This document shows, piece by piece, positions 47,601-56,660 of a stretch of 64,000 bases of DNA (the stretch's first letter is position 1; each line of letters starts with the position of its first letter). The position numbers were made by a program, and so were the translations under genes. The notes beneath the pieces were generated by a model. The model was not told where the DNA came from, searched no databases, and saw only the letters and a list, made by a program, of their open reading frames with translations. The stretch is from Malacoraja senta (taxonomy: Eukaryota), in assembly GCA_038087875.1 (NCBI GenBank), contig JAXLNO010005613.1:1-64000 (forward strand). Direction: 5' to 3'.

Positions 47601-48931
47601 TGGGACCACATTTAGAGTATTGTGTTCAGTTCTGGGCACAATGTTATTGGGAAGATGTCAACAAGCTGGAAAGGGTACGGAGAAGATTCATGAGGATGTT
47701 GCCAGGATTTCAGGGTCGGCTATAGGGAAAGGTTGAGTATGCTGGCTCTAATCCTTGGAGCGCAGGAAGATGAGGGGTGACCTTATAGAGGTGTACAAAA
47801 TCATGAGAGGAATAGATCGGGTAGATGCACAAAGTCCTTTGCCCAGAGTAGGGGAATCGAGGACCAGAGGACATAGGTTCAAGGTGAAGGGGAAAAGATT
47901 GAATTGGAATCTGAGGGGTAACTTTTCCACACAGAGGGTGGTGGGTGTATGGAATGAGCTGCGGGAGGAGGTAGTTGTGGCTGGGACTATCCCAATATTT
48001 AAGAAACAGTTGGACAGGTACATTGATAGGACAGGGTTGGAAGGATGTAGGCCAAACACAGGCAGGTGGGACTAGTGTAGCTGGGACATGGAAACAATTC
48101 ATGAAATCAATATTCATACTGCTCGGTTGTAAGCTATCCAAGTGAAATATGAGACGCTGTTCCTCCAATTTGTCTTTCATCTCACTCTGACAGTGGAGGA
48201 GGCCCAGGACAGAAAGGTCACTGTGGGAATAGGATGGGGAATTAAAGTGTTTGGCAACCGGGAGTTCAGGTTGGTCCAGGCAGACTGAGCGAAGGTTTTC
48301 AGCGAAACTATCGCCCAGTCTACGTTTGGTCTCGCAGATGTGTAAGAGTCCACACCTTGAGGTTGATGAGGTTGGAGGAGGTGCAAGTGAAGTGAACTAA
48401 CATTTGTTTCTTGTCCACAACCGCCTTTGAACTGGATGTTTCCCTGGGCCATTTCAGAGCACATAACGAGACGAGGCAAAGTCACCAGATGCTCTTCCCT
48501 GAAGCATACAGTCATGTGTTTAGACACCAATGGTAGACAAAAATGCTGGAGAAACTCCGTGGGTGAGGCAGCATCTATGGAGCGAAGGAATAGGTGACGT
48601 TTCGGGTCCAGACCCTTCCTCAGACTGATGTGTGGGTGGGGGTAAGAAGAAAGGAAGAGACGGAGACAGTGGGCTGCGGGAGAGCTGGGAAGAGGAGGGG
48701 AAAGATGGAGAAAGCAAGGACTACCTGAAATAGTGGTATGAACATTGATTTCTCCAATTTCAGGTATTCCTTGCTTTCTCCCTCTTTCCACTCCCCTTCC
48801 CAGCTCTCCCACAGCCCACTGTCTCCGCCTCTTCCTTTCTTCTTCTTCCGGCCCCATCCACACCCGCCCACCCTACATCAGTCTGAAGAAGGGTCTCGAC
48901 CCGAAACGTCACCTATTCCTTCGCTCCATAG
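41613..48931. repeat. Array unit U5 (terminal unit, ends inside the Penelope-derived palindrome arm)
   Basis: Ends at cctattccttcgctccatag, where the other units continue atgctgcctcaccc. Confidence 0.92.
42558..43705 (-). mobile_element. 5'-truncated L2-clade LINE, U5 copy (uninterrupted)
   Basis: ORF 42694-43722. Confidence 0.92.
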
Positions 48932-49204
48932 AAGCTGTGGTGTGGTGGGAACACGGTCTCCAGATCACAGACCCAACTTCTGAATGACATCATTCACTGG
49001 AACATTGTGCCAGTGTATCCCTACTGAACCACAATACAGAGAGGCCAACAATACAGACCAGTGTTAATACTACATACCACACCCAGCCCACTCACACTGC
49101 CTTTACACTCCTTCATTCCATCTACCTCCTTGTCTCTCGCTTTCTCTCTCCTGCTCCATACACTGGCGTTCACAATGATTCTTCTGCCTTCCACTTTATA
49201 ACCC

Positions 49205-49301
49205 AGCGTGGAGGAGTGGACCAGCGGGGTGGAGTTTGTGTGCTTCGCCCAACAATCTTCATCATCCTCACCAGTGTCAGCGCGGACCAACCATAACAAA
49301 G
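49205..49301 (+). pseudogene. 3' third of an IgH constant exon (IgW CH3 / IgNAR C2 homolog); 5' part missing
   Basis: SVEEWTSGVEFVCFAQQSSSSSPVSARTNHNK|gtgggc aligns with the end of the exons at 59764 and 61820. An in-frame TAA lies immediately upstream and homology stops there. Confidence 0.88.
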
Positions 49302-49349
49302 GTGGGCAATAGATCAGTGATTAAATGGCCATGACAGAGAGAGAGAGAG

Positions 49350-49815
49350 GGTACAGAGGGGATTTACAAGGATGTTGCCAGGGCAAGAGAGCTATAGGGA
49401 GAGGTTGAATGGGCTGGGACTCTATTCCTTGGAGCGTAGGAGGATGAGGGAATATCTTATTGAGGTGTATAAACTCATGAGAGAAATAGATTGGATAGAT
49501 GCACAGAGTCTCTTGCCCAGAGTAGGTGAATTGAGTACCAGAGGACATAGGTTTTAGGTGAAGGGGGAAAGATTTAATAGGAATCCGAGGGGTAACTTTT
49601 TCACGCAAAGGTTGGAGGATGTATGAAACAAGCTGCCAGAGCAGGTAGTTGAGGCAGGGACTATCCTAACATAAAAAAAAACAGACAGGGACAGGTTTGG
49701 AGGGATGGGGACCAAACACGGCAGATGAGACTAATGTAACTGGGACATGTTGGCCAGGGTGGGCAAGTTGGGCTGAAGGGCCTGTTTCCACACTGTATCA
49801 CTCTATGACTCTATG
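49350..49815 (+). mobile_element. Decayed CR1 3' fragment in the CH3-CH4 intron
   Basis: MLPGQESYRERLNGLGLYSLERRRMR...; ctctatgactctatga tail. Confidence 0.85.
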
Positions 49816-49848
49816 AGAGAGTTTAACATTTATTTTCCTCTGTTCCAG

Positions 49849-50165
49849 TTGAGCCCAAAAACCTGAAGTCAGACTGCTGCTTCCAGCACACGAAGAGACC
49901 AAGCGTAGCCACAAGGTCACCCTCGAGTGTGTGGTCTCTGGATTCTACCCAGACCTCATCAACGTCACTTGGAGTAAAGACGGTGCCCTGATCTCCAACA
50001 ACACCAGTGCTGCACCAACTGCTCTGGAGCAGGGGGGCACTTTCAGCGCCAGCCACTTCCTGACCACGAGTACGGAGGATTGGAAGTCAGGCTCACGCTT
50101 CGATTGTACAGTGTATCATCGCGCCTCCAACACCATCATCACGAAGGATGTGAAGAACATCCAAG
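49849..50165 (+). pseudogene. IgH constant exon (IgW CH4 / IgNAR C3 homolog) with a 1-nt frameshift near its start
   Basis: Acceptor ttcctctgttccag and donor ag|gtagg; 317 nt against 318 in paralogues. Corrected frame VEPK-PEVRLLLPAHEETKRSHKVTLECVVSGFYPDLINVTWSKDG...FDCTVYH. A5 run at cccaaaaacctg. Confidence 0.85.
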
Positions 50166-51163
50166 GTAGGCTCCTGGGATTCACTCCATTCTCCACATTG
50201 TAAACTGTACCACACATGGGCAACACTGTAACACAGTGCAGTCCTGTTATGGGCTTGTAAGTGAGTCTGGCCACAGAAATAATTGTATCTTTGACATTGC
50301 TTTAGTAACTTGAGGGCAATCCAAGCCAGTCGACAGGCCAGACACGGTGGAGATCCACGATGCTCTTCTTCAAAACGGTCTTTCCCTCTGCCTTTGTACT
50401 TAATGTGAGCGGGTGCCTCAGCTGTGACAGAGTGTCCAGCAGAGCAGCTCTCTCCCTGCCCCAGCGTGGCAACAGTCAGTCTGGGCAATGTGTAGCAGCC
50501 TCTGGGCCAGGCCAGCTACAACACACAACATTCTGACAAAGCAGCAGGAGAGTTTAGTTACACCTCATGAATACAAACTGCATTTAAACAGTTGTGACTA
50601 AATGAAAGAACACAAAGTGCTGGAGTAACTCAGCAGGTCAGGCAACATCCCTGGAGGACATGGGGAGGTGAGGTTTCGGGTCGAGACCTTTCTTCATCCT
50701 ACTCCGGACCACTCGCGACTAAATAAAATAATGCCGCTGCTTCTAATTTATAATATAAAGAGAAGAACTTTCCGCTGACTGGTTAGTACGCAACAAAAGC
50801 TTTTCACTGTACCTCGGTACACGTGACAATAAACTAAACTGAATTGAACATTTTGACCTCAAACATTAGCTTGATTTGCCTCTCCTCAGAGGCAATTTTA
50901 TACATTTGATTCAGTAAATAGCTGGTAACAGGTTCAATGATCACAAAACTGTCAAATAATGTAAAAGTCAACTTGTTAATTCACATTGTTTAGCAAGGTT
51001 TCCTTGTGGGATCAATTGGAATCTTCATTCCTACACCAATGTAGATAAATCTCCCTGATGTTGATGGGACCGGCATATCATTCGGTGGAGATGAGCACAA
51101 AATACTTCAGTGGCAAGCTGCTCCATCAGGGAACGATGACATAATAATTGTGATTTCTCCCAG

Positions 51164-51484
51164 ATGACTGTTCAGATACCGGACCCTCGGTCACTTTAAG
51201 CAAACCTTCCTTCGAAGAGATCTGGATCAACAAGACAGCCACCATTCTGTGTAAGGTGGTTCACAGTGATTTAGAGGGATTCAGGGTAACCTGGCAAGTG
51301 AATGGAATGAAGAGAGAAGACGGGGTGACAACTCGTGGTGCAGAGAGGATCGGAGGTGCAGACACAATCGCCAGCGGACTGACGGCCCCCGCTGCAGAGT
51401 GGGAGAGTGGGGCTCTGTACACCTGTGTGGTGGAGGACAAGAGTTTGTCAACACCGGAGAGCAGATCCTTGGAGAAGCCGACAG
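51164..51484 (+). CDS. IgH constant exon, C1-set (IgW CH5 / IgNAR C4 homolog), intact
   Basis: Phase-1 exon, tttctcccag|...|gtacgt, 321 nt. DDCSDTGPSVTLSKPSFEEIWINKTATILC...VTWQVNG...AEWESGALYTCVVED with canonical Cys, Trp, Cys. Confidence 0.93.
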
Positions 51485-51889
51485 GTACGTGTGGACAGAG
51501 GTTGGTGCGAGTCTGATCTGAGCAAATGGACAGATTTATCACATCCAGCATAGAAAATAATTGCAGGAGCAGGCCATTCAGCCCTTCAATCCTGCACAGA
51601 CCTTCAATATGAGCACGGCTGATCATCCATATTCAGTACTCACTTCCTGCATTCTCGTCATATTCCTTGATCCCTTTACCCTAAGAACTGGATCCAACTC
51701 ATTCTTGCATATATCTAATAATTGGGCTTCAGTGCTGTCTGTGGCAGAGAATGCCCAGTTTCACCACTGTCTGGGTGAAGACATTTCTCCCCCTCTCACA
51801 CCTACACACCTTCACCTCAGACTGTCATCTCCTGGCCTGGATTCCCCAATATCTGAAACATTCTTCCTCTGCCTCACCTGTTCATATAA

Positions 51890-53105
51890 ACATAGAAACA
51901 TAGAAAATAGGTGCAGGAGGAGGCCATTCAGCCCTTCGAGCCCGCACCGCCATTCATTGTGATCATGGCTGATCGTCCCCAATCAATAACCCGTGCCTGC
52001 CTTCTCCCCATAGCCCTTGATTCCACTAGCCCCTAGAGCTCTATCTAACTCTCTCTTAAATCCATCCAGTGATTTGGCCTCCACTGCCCTCTGTGGCAGG
52101 GAATTCCACAAGTTCACAACTCTCTGGATGAAAAAGTTTGTTCTCACCTCAGTCTTAAATGGCCTCCCCTTTATTCTAAGACTGACCCCCTGGTTCTGGA
52201 CTCGCCCAACATTGGGAACATTTTTCCTGCATCTAGCTTGTCCAGTCCTTTTATAATTTTATATGTTTCCATAAGATTGCCCTTCATCCTTCTAAACTCC
52301 AGTGAATACAAGCCTAGTCTTTTCAATCTTTCCTCATATGACAGTCCCGCCATCCCAGGGATCAATCTCGTGAACCTACGATGCACTGCTTCAATGACAA
52401 GGATGTCCTTCCACAAATTAGGAGACCAAAACTGTACGCAATACTCCAGATGTGGTCTTACCAGAGCCCTATACAACTACAGAAGAACCTCTCTACTCCT
52501 ATACTGAAATCCTCTTGTTATGAAGGCCAACATTCCATTAGCTTTCTTCACTGCCTGCTGTATCTGCACGCTAACTTTTCAGTGACCGGTGTACAAGGAC
52601 ACCCAGGTCTTGCTGTACTTCCCCCTTACCTAACCTAACCCTATTGAGATAATAATCTGCCCCCTTGTTTTTGACACCAAAGTGGATAACCTCACATTTA
52701 TCTATATTATACTGCATCTGCCACGCATCTGCCCACTCACTCAACCTGTCCCGGACACCTTGCAACCTCCTAGCATCCTCTTCACAGTTCACACTGCCAC
52801 CCAGCTTTGTATCATCTGCAAACTTGCTAGTATTGCTCCTAATTCCCTCTTCCAAATCATTAACATATAATGTAAACAGTTGCAGCCCCAACACCGAGCC
52901 TTGCGGCACTCCACTCGCCACTGCCTGCCATTCTGAAAAGGACCTGTTCACTCCTACTCTTTGCTTCCTGTCTGCCAACCAATTTTCTATCCACGTCAAC
53001 ACCCTACCCAATACCATGTGCTGTAATTTTAGTCACCAGTGTCCCGTGCGGGACCTTATCAAAGGCTTTCTGAAAGTCTAGACACACTACATCCACTGGC
53101 TCCCC
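51890..53105 (-). mobile_element. Decayed CR1 RT fragment in the CH5-CH6 intron
   Basis: GVPQGSVLG, KFADD, LVRPHLEYC; tttctatgtttctatg tail at about 51890. Confidence 0.9.
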
Positions 53106-54151
53106 TTCATCAATCCGGTTAAGAATTTAATAGTTTCTGTCAGATTCCTTTGGATTTTTCTGAACTCCAGTTGATATCTAATGGATATTGGGTGGACTTA
53201 CCGATGGTCAGAGAGTGTGAGGGAGCAAAAGAAGATTAAACTCAGCTGATTAACCACATCATTAAAATCCCAAGTCACCACGACAACCTCGCCCAAAACC
53301 ACACTTGTTCCCACAGCGTGAGCTGCTTAGACAGAGTCGAGGGAGAGGGATTTGCAGCTTTCACAAGCTGAGATACAGACTGAGTCAGGACTGGAAGGGC
53401 AGGGAGCTTGAGGCAAAGTCCAGCAGATCATTTAAGCAGAAGGGGAGATGGAACAGACAGCGCAGGACCAGGCTGGTCCAAGGACTGAGTTCCACTTTCT
53501 GTAGAGTCTCAGCATTCAGTGGTTCCTGTTGATTAACTAACCAATTTAAACTCACTGGAAGCTCTAGTTCAGTTTAGTTTAGAGATACAGTGCCCTTCGG
53601 CCCATCAAGTCCGGGCCGACCAGCGATCCCCGCACACTAACACTACCCAGCACATACCAAGCACAATTTACAATTAAACCAAAACAACTAGCCTACAAAC
53701 AATAGACAATAGGTGCAGGAGTAGGCCATTCGGCCCTTCAAGCCAGCACCGCCATTCAATGTGATCGTGGCTGATCATCCCCAATCAGTACCCCGATCCC
53801 GCCTTCTCCCCATATCCTCTGACTCCGCTATCTTTAAGAGCCCTATCTAGCTCTCTCTTGAAAGTATCCAGAGAATCGGCCTCCGCAGCCCTCTGAGGGA
53901 GAGAATTCCACAGACTCACAACTCTCTGTGTGAAAAAGTGTTCATCTCTGTTCAAAATGGCTTACCCCTAATTCTTAAACTGTGGCCCCTGGTTCTGGAC
54001 TCCCCGAACATCAGGTACATGATTCCTGCCTCTAACGTTTCCAAACCCTTAATAATCTTATGTTTCAATCAGATACCCTCTCATCCTTCTAAATTCCAGA
54101 ATATACAAGCCCAGCCGCTCCATTCTCTCAGCATATGACAGTCCCGCCATA

Positions 54152-54315
54152 CAGAGAACATGTACGTTTTTCGAGTGTAGGAGGAAACCTGAGCACCTGG
54201 AGAAAACCCACGCGGTCACGTACAAACTCCATACAGACACCACCCATAGTTGGGATCAAACCCATGTCTCTGGCATTGTAGGCAGCAATTCTACCGCTGC
54301 GCCACCATGCCACCC
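54152..54315 (-). mobile_element. tRNA-derived SINE (same family as 698)
   Basis: Reverse complement begins gggtggcatggtggcgcagcggtagaattgctgcc. Confidence 0.75.
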
Positions 54316-54510
54316 TGTAAAATGCACCAGAGGCATGATTTCCCTTCCACACATCCCTACAATGAGCAGAAAGGAACAGCGTTTAATTTCAGGTGAACTG
54401 AGGTCCCTCAGGATGTAAACGGTGTCCATGTCAGTATAAGATTGGAATGTATTGGGTAAGTACAGAATTACTGACAGATTCAGTCTAACTCAGGTTCTCT
54501 CTGTTCCCAG

Positions 54511-54896
54511 ATGACGTTGAGAGTCGTCCTCAAGTCTACCTCCTCCCCCCTTCATTGGATGAGGTGGAGACGGATGAGACGGCCACCTTGACGTGCCTGG
54601 TCACCAGATTCTCTCCTGCAGACATCTATGTGGCCTGGATGGCCAACGACACCCTTCTGAAGAGAGGGATCGTGAACCAGCCCGTGACCAAGGACACCAG
54701 GAATGGGTGGAACACCTTGACCAGTCAGTTGAAGGTTTCTCCAGAGGAGTGGAACCGTGGCACCACCTTCTCCTGTGTTGTGGGACACGGGTCCATCACA
54801 ACCAGCCTATTTAGAAGCATCAATAAATCTCACAACAAACCCACCCTGGTCAATGTCTCACTTGTTCTGGCTGACAGCTTTAAATCTTGTGTGTAA
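54511..54896 (+). CDS. Terminal IgH constant exon with secretory tailpiece (IgW CH6-sec most likely; IgNAR C5-sec is the alternative)
   Basis: Acceptor ttctctctgttcccag. DDVESRPQVYLLPP...ATLTCLV...YVAWMANDTLL...EEWNRGTTFSCVVGH...SINKSHNKPTLVNVSLVLADSFKSCV*, with an N-V-S glycan site and a penultimate Cys. Confidence 0.93.
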
Positions 54897-55188
54897 CATG
54901 ATTCATTTCTCAAACATTTGTTTTGTTCATTTCTGGATTTGTTAACTGACCCAGAGGATGATGGGTTAGTTCCCTAATACATCATCAAAATGTGAACCTT
55001 TGTAAATCATTAAAAACAAAATTCCACACGAGATACAAATTAAGCCACAGCCATGATTCACCACAAATGTCTGAGCTTCTGGATACATTTACAGAACTTT
55101 TTCTGCCATGCTTGAACAGATTTCAACCATGTATGGGATCACACGATGTATTAAATCTATGTATGTGTCAATATATCAATACAAGTTC

Positions 55189-55194
55189 AATAAA
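55189..55194 (+). terminator. PolyA signal of the secreted heavy-chain transcript
   Basis: AATAAA about 300 nt after the tailpiece stop, followed by GT-rich sequence. Confidence 0.65.
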
Positions 55195-56121
55195 TGTGAT
55201 GTGAAAAAGGTTTTGTGTGCGTGTCCTTGACTGGTGTGTTTTGGGTGGGAGTACATGGGTAGCTTGGGATGTGAGGTGTGCACATTCTAGGAGAAATAGG
55301 TGTTGTTGGATCAATGTGTCCAAAACCTTCCACCATTGGGTGTTCTCACACCCACGCCTGGACCAGTTGAAGACAGAGATTGATTGTGGTCGTTGGTCGT
55401 TAACTCCATAATCACTGTGCCATGCGACCGTCAGGGTGACACAAGGTGATCTGATTGGACCATGGTCTTTCCTAGCCCAGCTGTGACAATGTACCTGATG
55501 CAAGCTCCCACACGGCAAACCAAATCTGGCCAGATCGCCTGCGTCAGGTAGTCCTTGCTTTCTCCCTCTTTCCCCTCCCCTTCCCAGCTCTCCCACAGCC
55601 CACCTGTGTTTAGCTGTTTGGTTTCAGGATAAATATTAGCTCAGGACTCTGAGCAGAACTCTCGTGGTCATGTCGTGGCATTGCTGATATCTACCTGAGA
55701 AGCACCTCCTTAAAGCCTCATCCCAAAGACAGCAGCCTTCATAAGGTGACATTGCTCACCACTGAGCCACACATGACATCTGTGTCTAACAAGGGGGATG
55801 GTTGTTTGAGGAGTCTCTGTCCTCAGTGGGTGTGCACGGATGATGTTGAATAAAAGAGACAACTCATCATTGGTAACTCTTCTATTCCAATGTTACAATT
55901 AAATATCTGCCTGTCGGTGCTTAAAGAAAAAGCTGTTCTCTGCTGCTACATGCTTTCAAGCTTCTTGTATCTTCTGGAGAGGGGAGTAGAGACAATGACT
56001 GGGACGTGAGGGTTCCTCGATGATGTTGGCTGCGTTCCTGAGGTAGCGTGAAGTGTCGATGGTGGAAGGAGTAATGGTCTAGGGTGGGGGATGCAATGCC
56101 CATTGTGTGGGCCGAGGGTTG

Positions 56122-56610
56122 TTTAGTTTAGTTTAGTTTATTGTCACGTAGACCGAGGTACAGTGAAAATGCTTTTTGTTGCATGCTAACCTGTCATTCC
56201 ACCAGGGAATAATGTTTTGTGCAAGGTAATGTCCGATTATACATAGTGCGAGGGTCTCCAGTGAGGTAGGTGATAGCTCAGGACTGCGCTCTAGTTGGCG
56301 AGGGGATGGTTCAGTTCCTTGATAACAGCTGGGAAGAAACTGTCCCTGAATCTGGAGGTGTGCATTTTCACACCTATACCTTTTGCCTGATGGGAGAGGT
56401 GAGAAGAGAGAGTGGCCAGGGTGCGACTTGTCCTTGATTATGCTGCTGGCCTTGCCGAGGCAGCGTGAGATGTAAATGGAGTCAGTGGAAGGGAGGTTAG
56501 TTTGTGTGATGATCTGGGCTGCAACCACAATTTGCTGCCATTTCTTGGATGGAGCTGTTCCCAAACCATGCCGTGATGCATCCTGATAAAATGCTTTCTA
56601 TGGTGCACTA
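56122..56610 (-). mobile_element. Decayed Rex1-like LINE 3' fragment
   Basis: RCLGKASSIIKDKSHPGHSLFSPLPSGKRYR; (TAAAC)n tail. Confidence 0.8.
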
Positions 56611-56660
56611 AAATTAAATACCAATAAAGAATTGAACAGCATGTAGTTTTATTTGTGTTA

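Larger units (their letters stand above)
239..48931. repeat. Five-unit tandem array (macrosatellite / local segmental duplication) of a TE-mosaic unit
   Basis: The landmark ctgcagtctatc...gatagacacaaaatgctggagtaactcggcggg recurs at 239, 11393, 20827, 27926 and 41613. Other landmarks keep the same order (catattgaggcctc near 1801, 18050, 25149, 38835, 46255; ctgttcctccaatttg near 3678, 19957, 27056, 40740, 48157). Near-identical short ORFs recur in the track. Confidence 0.97.

Noticed and set aside
239-49200. Classical immunoglobulin switch region
   Set aside because: No dense tandem GAGCT/GGGGT or AGCT pentamer array; only scattered G-runs and TGACC motifs.
49021-49204. Inverted Ig-domain fragment (RRIIVNASVWSR on the minus strand)
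   Set aside because: Only a vague resemblance to an E-F strand motif; no correctly spaced Cys or splice sites.
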